From: a virus
Lineage: Duplodnaviria; Caudoviricetes
IMG/VR virus record: IMGVR_UViG_3300031993_000015
Reading direction: 5' to 3' (one strand)
Length of the DNA stretch: 64,000 nucleotides
Part shown: positions 8,811 to 19,692 of the stretch, piece by piece
Layout: each line of letters begins with the position of its first letter
Numbering within the stretch: the first letter of the stretch is position 1
The notes under the pieces: generated by a model
What the model was told of the DNA's origin: nothing
Databases searched by the model: none
The model's input: the letters and a program-made list of their open reading frames with translations, nothing else
Translations under genes and position numbers: made by a program

Positions 8811-11315
8811 ATGCGCTCAGACGGCGAACTCATTCTCGGTACAATCATTGTGTCAGCTCCGGAATACGGGCTGGCAATCGTCTGCACATCCGGCGGTACC
8901 CGTGTTGTGAAGGAGAAACTGCTGGCCTTCCTGCCATATAGCGATGCACGATGTGGTGCTCTGCTGCAGCAGCACATTCAGGACGGCAGCACAGTCATCT
9001 GCATGCGCAGCATCCAGTACCCGTACATGGCATACATCCTGACCGCTGTGAATGACGTCGGCTCTGATATGACAGACACACAGGCCGGCCGTGTGTTCTA
9101 CAACACGAACGGGTTTACCACGGCGGACACCAATGTGTTCGATGCTGTGATCGACTCCATGAAGAACTCCTTCGGTTCCCGCTTCAAGAACCATTCAAAC
9201 AGCACGGACATGGATGTGCTGCCCGGTGATGTGGATATCGTGAATAACGGTGGGCCGGCCGGCATCCACGTCGGCAAATACCTGACCCAGATAAAGGGCT
9301 CTCCCCTGGCGTTCATCGACGTCGCCGCACTCTCCGACCAGATCAGACTGGTGGCCTCCAAGGTATCCACGCATACGCCAACCACGTTCCAGCAGACCAG
9401 CGATGAAGTCTCCGTGGACGACATGGCGGTCGATGCCGCAGAAGCGTTTGGTCTGGAGTCCGGATTTGGTGTTCTCAAGCAGGAGTATCAGGTCGAGAAC
9501 AAAACAGTTCCGCTGTTCCGTATGCAGCACGTTCGCGGTCCTGCAGTGGACGGCGAGGAGCACACGATCAGCAACTTCCCTGAAGGCGAACAGATTCACA
9601 CAGACCGCACAGAGCCGAACGTTCTGTCCAGGACACGGGAATCGCTGTCCGGCGAACTTTGCGATGCGTCCACGCTGTGCTACAGCAGTGTGAAGTCTCC
9701 GGCCATCGTGTCAATTCTGCAGTACGGCTATTTCCTGGTGAACAAGGATAAGGACGAGAAGGCTGCGAAAATCCTGGAGCTCCTGTCCCAATACCAGTAC
9801 GAAGAACCGGAGGAAGAGGAGAAGGAAGTTCCGAAGCACACACTGAACCAGGAGATCATGGATGCGGCTATCAATGGCATCGTTGACAAGCTCCTGTCCG
9901 GTGACTACATCGAGACACTGAAACAGCGTCTCGCTGCGGCCGGCCTGTATGTCGCAGAGAACCCGCTTTCCCTGCGCTTTGACAAGCACACGAAGACAGG
10001 CCCGACCACGAAGCCGTATTACGACCTGCCAAAGTCCTTGCAACTCACAGACCCAGTTACTGGCAAGATTCATACATACTACGACTCCACGTCCTTCATT
10101 ACCCAGCAGCCGGATGGTTCTATTTTGCTCTGCGATGGCTATGGCAGTGAGATTCGTATGTCACAGGGCAACATCATTATCAGCCCTGCGCTGGATGTTA
10201 TCTTGCGTCCAGGCCGCGATATGAGCGCGATGGTGTCCAGACACCTGTCTCTGAACGCACAGGAATACGTCACAGTCAACAGCACCAGGAACATCTACAT
10301 CAGAGCCACTGGAAACATGCAGCTGGCTGCAGCGACGTCTGTGGACAAAGACGGAAAGCCAAACGGCAAAGGAAAACTCACGCTTGAGTGCAACGACACG
10401 TCCAACTCGGAGAAGACCGGTATCATCATCAAGAGCCTCGGTAATGCTTCCTTCACAGGACACAATCTGTACATAGGTATCAACAAGGGCAACAGTGAAG
10501 CAAAGGGTCGTGTTGAGAAGACAGATAACCCTGGTACAATCATACTGGATTCCGGTGAAGGCGGCGCGATTATCGAGCGCAGTTCACGACATCTGTCTGA
10601 TACTCAGATGTTCACTGTCGTGACCTCCGGCGAAGTCAACACAGCGTTCACAGTTGGTGGCAACATCATCGGTCTCTACGCACAGCAGGTGGTTGCGCCT
10701 GTGGACCTCAATATGTCAGTCCTGGACGGGGCACAGAAGGTCACTGTGGTCCGTAACGGCGAGCTCCGTGTGCTGACAATCAGCACGTCCTCTACACCTG
10801 ACCTTGTCATCAAGGGCAACATCGCAGCGTCTGGTCATGTCAAGATCGGTGGCAACATGCTGGTACTGCAGTCTGTGATTTCCAGAGGCAGCTACTATGT
10901 GAACAGCAGCCAGATCGTGGACAAGAAAGAGACGTTCGAGTCGATGGACATGCCGAGTACGAAGACGAATCCCAATCTGGAGAACAGCACCGGCTCATCC
11001 GCTATGTACAGCCTGCGCACCACCCTGTATCAGGATGCGTATGTTGGCGGCAACAGCTTCCTGTTCCCGACCTATTACGGCTTCGGCAAAGACATCGTCA
11101 TTCCCGGTATGGTCTGGCAGGAAGCCACAAGAGCCATCGTGAAGGACGTCTCCACAGTTGCCTGGAAAGAAGTACCGGTCATCAGTCTGGATGGCAAGAA
11201 AACGACAGCATGTTACCCAGGATGGAACGCCTGGGAATCTGGTCATATCACCAAGTCCGGTTACGAGCAGGACGATCTGCAGACCGGCTACATAACCAAT
11301 ACAGAAAAGGATTGA
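8811..11315 (+). CDS. Putative baseplate spike/hub protein (gp5/VgrG-like)
   Basis: N-terminal OB-like region and beta-helix-like stretch (DGSILLCDGYGSEIRMSQGNIIISPALD); in tail module. Confidence 0.55.
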   Translation: MRSDGELILGTIIVSAPEYGLAIVCTSGGTRVVKEKLLAFLPYSDARCGALLQQHIQDGSTVICMRSIQYPYMAYILTAVNDVGSDMTDTQAGRVFYNTNGFTTADTNVFDAVIDSMKNSFGSRFKNHSNSTDMDVLPGDVDIVNNGGPAGIHVGKYLTQIKGSPLAFIDVAALSDQIRLVASKVSTHTPTTFQQTSDEVSVDDMAVDAAEAFGLESGFGVLKQEYQVENKTVPLFRMQHVRGPAVDGEEHTISNFPEGEQIHTDRTEPNVLSRTRESLSGELCDASTLCYSSVKSPAIVSILQYGYFLVNKDKDEKAAKILELLSQYQYEEPEEEEKEVPKHTLNQEIMDAAINGIVDKLLSGDYIETLKQRLAAAGLYVAENPLSLRFDKHTKTGPTTKPYYDLPKSLQLTDPVTGKIHTYYDSTSFITQQPDGSILLCDGYGSEIRMSQGNIIISPALDVILRPGRDMSAMVSRHLSLNAQEYVTVNSTRNIYIRATGNMQLAAATSVDKDGKPNGKGKLTLECNDTSNSEKTGIIIKSLGNASFTGHNLYIGINKGNSEAKGRVEKTDNPGTIILDSGEGGAIIERSSRHLSDTQMFTVVTSGEVNTAFTVGGNIIGLYAQQVVAPVDLNMSVLDGAQKVTVVRNGELRVLTISTSSTPDLVIKGNIAASGHVKIGGNMLVLQSVISRGSYYVNSSQIVDKKETFESMDMPSTKTNPNLENSTGSSAMYSLRTTLYQDAYVGGNSFLFPTYYGFGKDIVIPGMVWQEATRAIVKDVSTVAWKEVPVISLDGKKTTACYPGWNAWESGHITKSGYEQDDLQTGYITNTEKD

Positions 11316-11319
11316 TACC

Positions 11320-11916
11320 ATGCCCGACGAAGAGAAGAAATACATTTGTCCATGCTGCGGCCAGGAAACGCCAAGTCAGCCTGTCAAGGTAGATGGCAAG
11401 GTCGTGGATGACTATCTGGCCAGCATCATGACCGGTGAACCGTTCAATCACACCTTCCCGCTCTACGACGGCAAGCTGAAGATCACAATTAAGGCGGCAT
11501 CGCGTGAAGAAGGGCTGAAATTGTATGATTTCGTGCTACTGGTTGAGCCGTTCGCGGCCGACTCTTCACAGCTCCGTGACCTGATCGGAATCGTGAACTC
11601 CTACTGCATGGTCAGCAAGATCATCGTGAAGCACGACAAGGAAGAGAGCGTCTACATGCCGTCCAAGTATGTCATCGAGGAGTGCTACAAGCTCGTAGAG
11701 ACCTATGGGAAGGCTGACATGCGTGATGACGAGAACAAGACCAAGTTCCTGCAGGACGTGCAGGCAGCCTACACCAGGCTGTCCAGCCATGATGTTCTGT
11801 CATCCACGCCGCCGGCGATCATGAACAGGGTCATCAACGAGTTCAAGAAGTTGGAGACGACTCTTCTGGAGGCTGGGTTCGACGAAAATTTTTGGCAGGG
11901 TATCGCGCTTGCCTGA
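11320..11916 (+). CDS. Putative tail assembly chaperone (G-like)
   Basis: Upstream of tape measure; ends with slippery heptamer A AAT TTT at 11886-11892. Confidence 0.55.
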   Translation: MPDEEKKYICPCCGQETPSQPVKVDGKVVDDYLASIMTGEPFNHTFPLYDGKLKITIKAASREEGLKLYDFVLLVEPFAADSSQLRDLIGIVNSYCMVSKIIVKHDKEESVYMPSKYVIEECYKLVETYGKADMRDDENKTKFLQDVQAAYTRLSSHDVLSSTPPAIMNRVINEFKKLETTLLEAGFDENFWQGIALA

Positions 11917-12272
11917 TGCTCTGCCTGCCGGAGTTCGATACCTACCACACGCTTGAACAGTACGCCAGAGACCCTGAGAACAGTCGCACCAACCTGGCGC
12001 TGCGTGTCCTGAAGCGCCGCGCCACGCTGCAGCTGCAGTGGCGCATCGTGTGCTGCCGTCTGGCGAGTCCGAGAAATATCGACAAGTTGGAGGATATCCA
12101 ATATGGACGCTCCGAAGCACAGACTGAAGATAAGAAGCCTGCACCTAAACTATTCGATCCGAACAACATGACGAACGAGCAGATTATGGATGTCTATCAG
12201 CAGGCTGTAGCCTCAGTTGGGTGGACCATTGACCCGGAGGCTTTAGCAAAGGCTCAACAGCAAGGCGGATAA
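11892..12272 (+). CDS. Tail chaperone T segment (-1 frame), or coupled ORF starting at ATG 11916
   Basis: -1 frame relative to upstream ORF, open from the slippery site; TGATG overlap also present. Confidence 0.5.
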   Translation: MAGYRACLMLCLPEFDTYHTLEQYARDPENSRTNLALRVLKRRATLQLQWRIVCCRLASPRNIDKLEDIQYGRSEAQTEDKKPAPKLFDPNNMTNEQIMDVYQQAVASVGWTIDPEALAKAQQQGG

Positions 12273-12275
12273 CAC

Positions 12276-15149
12276 ATGGGACCCTCGAATACAACTCTTA
12301 ATTCGCTGTTACAAATGCTTCCAGCCCAGGCACTTGGACTGGATGCAAACTCACCTGTGGGGCAGCAGGCCAGCCAGATGCTGGTCCAGATGCTGAAGAA
12401 CTACATCATCGAGCCCATGACAGGTATCAGTTCCACGGATCCTCTGTGGAATGCTACGCTGTACAGCAACATGACGAACTTCGGCATTACGATGCAGAAC
12501 ATGAATACCGCTGCCAATGTGCAGGGTATGAGCAACATGCTGCAGATGCAGGCATCAGCGCGTTACCAGTTCTTTGAGGGTCTGAACAGAACAGCTTTCT
12601 CCAGGGATGCTTTTGATAAGATGTCTTTGGAGCAGCGCGGTGGCTGGACCAACTACGATGCGTTCATAGAGCACAAGACTCAGGGCATGATGGACAACAA
12701 GCTGATGTCCATGCTCATGATGAACGGTATCTGGGACCCGACCGGCAAAATGATGGCTTCCTACAACTTGAAGGAGGCTTCTTCGAACATCGCACGTACC
12801 TCCATGTGGCGTGGCGAGAAGAACTGGGCGGATAAGGCTGATGCCGTCGGCCAGATGTTCCTGAACGATAAGTACGAGCTGGACTACAACAAGCTCGATT
12901 ACGGCGGTATGTCTCTGAATGAGACCACGGCTCTGGTTGCGGCGCTGACTGAGAACCTGAACTTTGCACCAGGCGGTGGACCGGACGGTATCAAACAGGC
13001 CACAGAGAAGCTACGCGAACGTGTCAAGGATATGACAAACGCGATGGCGCCTCTGAAGGACCTGTTCGGTGACGACGTCCCGAAGATGATCCGGTTCCTG
13101 GAGGATCTGTCCGGCCGTGATCTGCGGCAACTTGACAGCAGTACGGTGGCAAAGCTGTCCAGGAACACAATGAACGACATCATGACTGGTGCTTACACAG
13201 CGGCTCAGATACAGGACATGACAACAAAGCTGGAGGCAGGTATGTCACAGATGAATGTCCCGTATCAGATCGCCGGTGGTGCTGGTGCGTTGGCTGGTCA
13301 GATTCTGGCGGCTACCAACTACGGCTTTACACCGTCCATGATGACGAAGAGCCAGTATGAGCGTGCTGTCACAGATAGATCTGTGCGCCAGGCTGCATCT
13401 CCGTACGCCAACAATATGAACCTTGCCTATGCTGTCTGGCAGAGTAGACAGGGTACCAATGATTCTTCTACGGAAGAGTTCACACGGCAGTACGAGGCTC
13501 TGATTGCCGGCGGCATGACTGCTGAACGCGCTATGCTGGAGATGTCCGGTTCAACCTCGATACACCAGATGGCACAGCGCGGTTATGCTCTGTCCGGTTA
13601 CAACACAGCAGTCACAGCAGGTCTTGGCGCACGTGCCGCCGGTGCTCGTAGCGTGGAAAGCAGACTGCGTGCCTTCAGACGCGGTCGCAATGGTGCAGAA
13701 CGTGCTGGTGTCGATGAGATCCTGGACTGGATGCGGAACAACCAAGACGAGACTCTCGAAGACTTCGTTCGTCGTATCAATGAGCGGGATGCTGATGACG
13801 GCACTCGCATGGCGCTTACAAGAATCCAGCAGGAAGGCCGCTATGAGGCACTGCGTACAGATTTCTTCAAGTTTGGTGAGCAGCGTGATGTCGATGTCAA
13901 ACGCAGAAACGCGGAGCGTGTTCGTCAGCGTTCAGAGTTCCGTGAGAAACTTTTCGGTGCGGCTATGGATCATCCGTCCGATGCCGGTGAACTTCTGGTT
14001 CGTATGCTCACAGGTGGTGCGAACCAGGGCTTTGATACAGAAGAGCTCAAGCAGCGCTTCCAGGGTATACCGGATATTGAAGACTGGATGGAAAAAGCCG
14101 GCCTCACTGAGCAGGATCTGTCCAATATAAAGGCTGTTTCTGAAGCCACTATGGCAGGCGAAACATCTAAAATGACCGACGTCGAGCGCAATAAAAAGAA
14201 CATCGACGTGATGAAGAAATATATCGAGGACTTCGATACTGATCCACGTCGTAAAGAATACCTGCAGCGCTTTGTGGATGCCTACAAGGAAACAGGCTCA
14301 GCTGAAGATGCGCAGATTCTGAGAACAGCAAATAGCATGACTACGGATGCTCTTGCCGAGTTCTTCAGCAAGGACAATAAAAACGAGACACTGAGCGGTG
14401 TCATTCGTGGTGCTTTGGTGAATTTCAACAATAAAAATGAAAAAGCCACAAGCATGTATAACACGATAAAGAACGCTGTTGGTGAAGACGGTCGCATTGA
14501 TCGGTCAAAGCTGAAAGGTGTTACTGCGCCAGAAGCAATGGAAGCAATCTGGAGTGACTACAAAGAGCACCAGAAAGATGCTGACTACAGTGAGCAGTTC
14601 CAGGCACATCTGAAGGACTTCCTTGATAAGGGACCGAAGACAGGGTCTGCTGATGAATTTATAAATGACGCCATACGAGAAGTCCGCATTTATCAGATGC
14701 TGGATGCTAAAGATGACTCGAAAGAGTCACAGACTATAAAGCATGCAAAGAGCTTGCTTAGTAATATCTTGGGCGATGAAAAGTCTGCCAATGATCTCGT
14801 ACGCCAGTATAGCACAGATGTCGTTATAGGCGGCATGTCCGAAGAAAAGTGGAAAGAAAACGCCATAAAGACTGGCGGTGCAAAGGTTGCTGAAAACTGG
14901 GAACGCATCCAGGAACAACTTGGTGTAGTCGCGAAAACAGTTGCCGGCGCACCGGATGTAGTGCAGCCTGAGAAGAAGTCACTGGAAGACATCATGGCCG
15001 AGCTCGCAAATCCAGACGGTGTTCTTGGAAAGCTGTCAACAGCCGTTGACAATCTTCTCGGATTCCTGAATGGTCAGGGTGCCGGCAAAGGTAACGAAAA
15101 TGGACACCTTAAACAAGCTGGTGAAACAGAAAAGAAAGGCGGTGGCTGA
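12276..15149 (+). CDS. Tape measure protein
   Basis: 957 aa, helical, A/M/Q-rich, after chaperone pair. Confidence 0.7.
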   Translation: MGPSNTTLNSLLQMLPAQALGLDANSPVGQQASQMLVQMLKNYIIEPMTGISSTDPLWNATLYSNMTNFGITMQNMNTAANVQGMSNMLQMQASARYQFFEGLNRTAFSRDAFDKMSLEQRGGWTNYDAFIEHKTQGMMDNKLMSMLMMNGIWDPTGKMMASYNLKEASSNIARTSMWRGEKNWADKADAVGQMFLNDKYELDYNKLDYGGMSLNETTALVAALTENLNFAPGGGPDGIKQATEKLRERVKDMTNAMAPLKDLFGDDVPKMIRFLEDLSGRDLRQLDSSTVAKLSRNTMNDIMTGAYTAAQIQDMTTKLEAGMSQMNVPYQIAGGAGALAGQILAATNYGFTPSMMTKSQYERAVTDRSVRQAASPYANNMNLAYAVWQSRQGTNDSSTEEFTRQYEALIAGGMTAERAMLEMSGSTSIHQMAQRGYALSGYNTAVTAGLGARAAGARSVESRLRAFRRGRNGAERAGVDEILDWMRNNQDETLEDFVRRINERDADDGTRMALTRIQQEGRYEALRTDFFKFGEQRDVDVKRRNAERVRQRSEFREKLFGAAMDHPSDAGELLVRMLTGGANQGFDTEELKQRFQGIPDIEDWMEKAGLTEQDLSNIKAVSEATMAGETSKMTDVERNKKNIDVMKKYIEDFDTDPRRKEYLQRFVDAYKETGSAEDAQILRTANSMTTDALAEFFSKDNKNETLSGVIRGALVNFNNKNEKATSMYNTIKNAVGEDGRIDRSKLKGVTAPEAMEAIWSDYKEHQKDADYSEQFQAHLKDFLDKGPKTGSADEFINDAIREVRIYQMLDAKDDSKESQTIKHAKSLLSNILGDEKSANDLVRQYSTDVVIGGMSEEKWKENAIKTGGAKVAENWERIQEQLGVVAKTVAGAPDVVQPEKKSLEDIMAELANPDGVLGKLSTAVDNLLGFLNGQGAGKGNENGHLKQAGETEKKGGG

Positions 15150-15712
15150 TGAGTGATCGCATCCAGATATTCCCTGAAGCAGGTGGTATCTCCTTCGCAG
15201 ACGTGAAGGACTCGAACACCGCCTATGTGACTGTTACACCGGTGCTTGTGAAGAGCTCCAGCAAGTCAATCAAGACACGGGCTACAGGTAGTAGCGGGAA
15301 CAAAAAGAACGCGTCTGCACTATTCGCGCACATGCCGATCACAGGTATTGTCATAAACCAGGGCGTTGATATGTCCATATCAAAAACACTCAACTCGGAC
15401 TTCCTGGTGTCGGAGTTTGGCGATCACCCTGTTCAGATTACTCTGGCCGGTATTGACTTCTACGGGACCTGCGAGGGAAGCAATCAGGAACAACACAAGC
15501 AGATCATGGACTTCTACGAGCAGAACAAGCTGAGTGCCAACATTAACAACCGCATTGACATCAGCATTACGCCTGCATCCTCTCCGAACAGCGGCGCGTT
15601 CCGCTGCATCCTGATGAAGATGAGAACGACGGCTCCGGCTATGGAAGGCCAGGGGCTTACTCCTGCATACAGATACGAAATGAACCTGATAGGAGTCAGA
15701 CGGACAAAATGA
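15149..15712 (+). CDS. Putative tube-initiator/baseplate protein
   Basis: FGDHPVQITLAGI tube-like motif; follows tape measure. Confidence 0.5.
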   Translation: MSDRIQIFPEAGGISFADVKDSNTAYVTVTPVLVKSSSKSIKTRATGSSGNKKNASALFAHMPITGIVINQGVDMSISKTLNSDFLVSEFGDHPVQITLAGIDFYGTCEGSNQEQHKQIMDFYEQNKLSANINNRIDISITPASSPNSGAFRCILMKMRTTAPAMEGQGLTPAYRYEMNLIGVRRTK

Positions 15713-16149
15713 TTGAGATCAACAAGCTCTACGGTGTCCTTCTCGGTACCACTGCTGTGCCTGCGGCCTACGAGTGGTACAAGAAGAAATTCACAGTTTG
15801 CACGACGAACGACAAGATCAATAACATTCTGGCTATTCTGTGCCTCACTGTACCGGAAGCCAGACGTGCTGTGTTCGCCTGTATTATCTGCAACGCTGTG
15901 CTCCATACGGTCTTCGGCAAGGAGATTGAGAAACTCGATCCGGTGAACACCTATGTTCCTGTAAAGCGTCCGACCGAAGACAACGATGACCAGGACTTCT
16001 GTCTGTTCCAAATGATAGGCAATGCCCAGACATACCAGGCACTCAAACAGTACCTGGATGACGACATCAAGGAGAAGCTGGTGGCTCCGACCTTTGTTGA
16101 TTACATCGCAGCCGGCTGTCTTCAGATCTTGAGAGAGCTTGCGAAATGA
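15709..16149 (+). CDS. Hypothetical tail-module protein
   Basis: ATGA-coupled on both sides. Confidence 0.55.
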   Translation: MIEINKLYGVLLGTTAVPAAYEWYKKKFTVCTTNDKINNILAILCLTVPEARRAVFACIICNAVLHTVFGKEIEKLDPVNTYVPVKRPTEDNDDQDFCLFQMIGNAQTYQALKQYLDDDIKEKLVAPTFVDYIAAGCLQILRELAK

Positions 16150-18128
16150 GTGGGAATCTTGCAGCACACTCCGTCGGCGTTCTGCTGATGGGTGTTCATA
16201 ACCTGTACAATGAAGACGGCGACGACAAGGTGTCGCTGTACTGCTGCACACATCTCGAATATAGCCTGGGCATCAACGAATTGCCGACGATTACGGCTAC
16301 AATCGGTATAGGCTCACCTATCTCCGGAAAAGAGGCCACACTGAACAATACGAATGGCTCCATCAGCGACCTGCTCAGTGCTGGCATGCAACGTCGTGCT
16401 ACGGCTTCCAAGTTCCTGCGCTGTTCCTTCTACGAGGCTGACAACGATGGTACCTGGAAGGCTGCGATCTTCCGTGGACATATCATCAGTATTTCCGAGG
16501 TCATCAAGACAGCCAGCGGTCATTTGAAGGCTCTACGTGTCATGTGCATGGGCATTGGCGCTATGCTGCATATATCGCCGCTTGCCGGTTACAGAAGGAC
16601 GAACAGTTCTATCCTGGTGGAAGGCGCGAGCGGCAGCATGGAAGCACCCACAGCTGGTTCTATGAATACCAGTGTTGTTGAACCGTACACGGCACTACAG
16701 AACACGACGGAAGACGAGCTGTGTGATGTCTATGCAGACAGTCTGCTGTCTTGCGATATTCTGACAAAGGCTGCTTTGCTGGCCAATGTGATCGCTGCTA
16801 TGGGTGAAGTAACGAACGGCGAGGGTGCTGATTTTGTTGAAGTACCTGATGACGAATTACTTGGAATCAAGAAATGTATCTTCTGCGACTATTATCTGGA
16901 CAAGACCGAGATGCACGCTGATGCAGAGGTCGGTTTTGATACGTATCTTGGCCGACAGCTGATAACCACGCTGCAACAGTCGTCCGTGCTGGATTCTCTG
17001 GTTACTACACTTACAGGCATGGATGTCATGATGAACCTGGTTCCGCACTTTGTGTTTGGCGGACACGCTGACGACTTCCGCATGGAACTGCGGCCGATAG
17101 ATGCCTGGAATGCGGTTGACATTATCACGATTCCGAACAAGAACGTTGTAGAGTGTAACACCAGCATGAATTACATGGCGCACCTGAACGATCCGGACGT
17201 GCTTGTCGTGGACTACTCATCTGGTGCCGGTTCTGCTGACGGAAGCAAGACCAGCGGTGAAGCCACAGGCTGTTTCGGTGTGTACTCAACCAACAAAGAT
17301 ATCCGCCGCTGGGCAAAGTACAGATATACAGGCAGTAAAGAACTGGAAGCAGCTGCGAATAAGATCGAAGGTCTGTCTCCGAAAGTGCGCTATGCAAATG
17401 CGCCTGTCTGGCTGGACTTTGCCATGCTGAACCAGCTGCAGGGCAGTACAACGGTCAAGATGCCGAAGTTCACTCCGCAGAACGACAATGAGGCAAAAGG
17501 CGGCGATAAGACTGCACAGGAAAACGACGAGATCCGTGCAGGTATTATCGCAGATCAGATTGCGAAAGCTATGTATCTGTATCTGCATGGTGCATCTGAT
17601 GTCGCGTCATTCCAGTTGACTACAGATGTTCGCTTTGGGCTGAACAACTCGATTGGCTGTTTGGAGAACCACATAGGAAAGACCATTGACATCTTCGGTT
17701 ACAGAGGAATCCTGAAGCAGATTCGATATGTCTATGCCTCTGGGCAATCAACGAACAACTCCTACATGATAACGCTCGACAGAGTTCGCAAGCGCAACAC
17801 CAAAGAGCCGAAGATCACATGCCCGCTGTATCGAAAAGGCGAACACAATGACTATCTTACGGGGAACAACGAGTTATGGGCAGATACGGCAAAGCAGCGC
17901 GAAGCATTCAAGAAGCAAACAGCTGCCCAGGATGATGAACTCGCAGCCTTTGAAGAACTCTACAACGAGATTGGTGTATCGGATAGTCAGACTGATGTCA
18001 AAGATGAGCTCATTTCCACAGCCAAAACAGTTGTAAAGACTGTGAAAGCACTTGCCGAATCTTCTGGTATCGTGAAAGGTATTGTGAACATAGCGCAGGC
18101 CGTTGCTGATCATGTACGTTCGGAGTAA
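16146..18128 (+). CDS. Putative baseplate hub protein
   Basis: 660 aa, IFRGHIISIS hub-like motif; position. Confidence 0.5.
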   Translation: MSGNLAAHSVGVLLMGVHNLYNEDGDDKVSLYCCTHLEYSLGINELPTITATIGIGSPISGKEATLNNTNGSISDLLSAGMQRRATASKFLRCSFYEADNDGTWKAAIFRGHIISISEVIKTASGHLKALRVMCMGIGAMLHISPLAGYRRTNSSILVEGASGSMEAPTAGSMNTSVVEPYTALQNTTEDELCDVYADSLLSCDILTKAALLANVIAAMGEVTNGEGADFVEVPDDELLGIKKCIFCDYYLDKTEMHADAEVGFDTYLGRQLITTLQQSSVLDSLVTTLTGMDVMMNLVPHFVFGGHADDFRMELRPIDAWNAVDIITIPNKNVVECNTSMNYMAHLNDPDVLVVDYSSGAGSADGSKTSGEATGCFGVYSTNKDIRRWAKYRYTGSKELEAAANKIEGLSPKVRYANAPVWLDFAMLNQLQGSTTVKMPKFTPQNDNEAKGGDKTAQENDEIRAGIIADQIAKAMYLYLHGASDVASFQLTTDVRFGLNNSIGCLENHIGKTIDIFGYRGILKQIRYVYASGQSTNNSYMITLDRVRKRNTKEPKITCPLYRKGEHNDYLTGNNELWADTAKQREAFKKQTAAQDDELAAFEELYNEIGVSDSQTDVKDELISTAKTVVKTVKALAESSGIVKGIVNIAQAVADHVRSE

Positions 18129-18155
18129 GACGGTACAGGTAATAAGAGGTGACAC

Positions 18156-18962
18156 ATGGAAAACGTTTTCGATAAAATCAACAAGACGATGCCGAAGGCG
18201 ACCGCCGAGGAACTGGAACAGCTGGATGAGGACATCACTGTAGCTCCCATTGAGCAGTTCAAGTCCAAGACGCTCAAGAACCTTGTACTGGACTGGCAAA
18301 AAGACCAGAACCCTGAAAAGACGTCGTTTATGCTGAAGAAGCTGAAACCGACCATCAACTCCGCCCTGACCAGTTTTGCACCAGGCATGGAGAAATCCCT
18401 GTACATCAAGGCTACCAAGCTGGCACTCGATGCGGCTCGTACATACGATCCGTCCTACGGTACGGATCCCAGTACCCATGTGTTCCACACTCTGAAGCGC
18501 CTGTATCGGTTCGGCGCCAAGCGCAATAACATCATGCCAGTCTCGGAGCGCAGCTATGCCGAGTCACGTTATGTCAAGGAATTGGCAGCCGAATTTGAAG
18601 ACGCCAAGGGTCGTGAGCCATCCGCGATGGAACTGGCAGACCGTTCCGGTTTCTCGCTGAAGAAGATCAACAAGATTCTCAGCCAGAACAAAATCAGGAA
18701 CGACAGCTCGACCATCAACCCGGAGACGCATCAGTCCTATGTCGGCATGTCTGACCTGGATGACGACGATTACTTCGAGTATGTCTACGCCAGTGTTGGC
18801 CCTATTGACCAGAAGATCATGGAGTGGTCCTCCGGCAAGCACGGCCGGCCGCTTCTGTCCAATACGGCAATCGCCCAGAAACTCCATGTCACGCCGGCTG
18901 CTGTATCTCAGCGCCGCGCAAAGATCATGGGCATGATGTCTGATGTCAGGAGCATGTTATGA
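18156..18962 (+). CDS. Sigma-70 family (FliA/WhiG-like) sigma factor
   Basis: Region 2-like AARTYDPSYGTDPSTHV, region 3 GREPSAMELA, region 4 HTH SNTAIAQKLHVTPAAVSQRR. Confidence 0.8.
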   Translation: MENVFDKINKTMPKATAEELEQLDEDITVAPIEQFKSKTLKNLVLDWQKDQNPEKTSFMLKKLKPTINSALTSFAPGMEKSLYIKATKLALDAARTYDPSYGTDPSTHVFHTLKRLYRFGAKRNNIMPVSERSYAESRYVKELAAEFEDAKGREPSAMELADRSGFSLKKINKILSQNKIRNDSSTINPETHQSYVGMSDLDDDDYFEYVYASVGPIDQKIMEWSSGKHGRPLLSNTAIAQKLHVTPAAVSQRRAKIMGMMSDVRSML

Positions 18963-19321
18963 AGCATTCCCAGGACGTACTGCTCAAGTCTATGCAGGCC
19001 GAGAAAGCCTCTCTGGATTCTGCGCTGTCTGCCTTCTCGATGAACTACAAGAAGGAGGCTGCACCTGTAATACCGACCAGGAGCCAGTCCAACGACAAGT
19101 ATGCCACGGAGCTTGAGAGTAAGGGCAAGAAGACGCTCTACACGATGGTGCAGACCACGACGGCTGTCAGACAGGTTCACGAAGCATCCCGTGCCCAGCG
19201 CGATGCCGAGATTATCAATGCCGGCCATAAAAAGCTGATGTTTTCATGCATCAAGGCCGCCGCGAATCGCAGTGAGAAGCTGGAACGTGCGATGCAGGCC
19301 ATCAAGGAGACACCTCAATGA
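18959..19321 (+). CDS. Hypothetical helical protein
   Basis: ATGA-coupled ORF. Confidence 0.55.
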   Translation: MKHSQDVLLKSMQAEKASLDSALSAFSMNYKKEAAPVIPTRSQSNDKYATELESKGKKTLYTMVQTTTAVRQVHEASRAQRDAEIINAGHKKLMFSCIKAAANRSEKLERAMQAIKETPQ

Positions 19322-19692
19322 AAGATCTCCAGATCATACCGGCTGAAGAAGGTCGCGTTGAGTTCTATCCGAGAACGGCATCCGAAGACACAGGGCTGAT
19401 GCTCCTGCAACGACTCTATGTCATGCTGTTCAGTGACCAGTCAGAAGGCTACAGGACAGGCGACGGCGGGTACACTTTGTGGAACTTCCTGGAGGGCGGC
19501 AACATCCCTCCGAAACAGATATTCGATGCGATCCTGGCTACCAGCTGTGCATCTGCTGTAAACATGCTGGATGACGAGGACAGGGAACTGATCGAATCGT
19601 TCTCAGGCGAGGGATTCAACGACGGCTCGGCGATACTTACGCTGGTGCTGGAAGATGGAACAACAGTGAAAGGAAAGCTGAACAATGGCTGA
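19318..19692 (+). CDS. Putative baseplate wedge gp25-like protein
   Basis: 124 aa, TGLMLLQR motif, directly before baseplate J-like gene. Confidence 0.55.
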   Translation: MKDLQIIPAEEGRVEFYPRTASEDTGLMLLQRLYVMLFSDQSEGYRTGDGGYTLWNFLEGGNIPPKQIFDAILATSCASAVNMLDDEDRELIESFSGEGFNDGSAILTLVLEDGTTVKGKLNNG

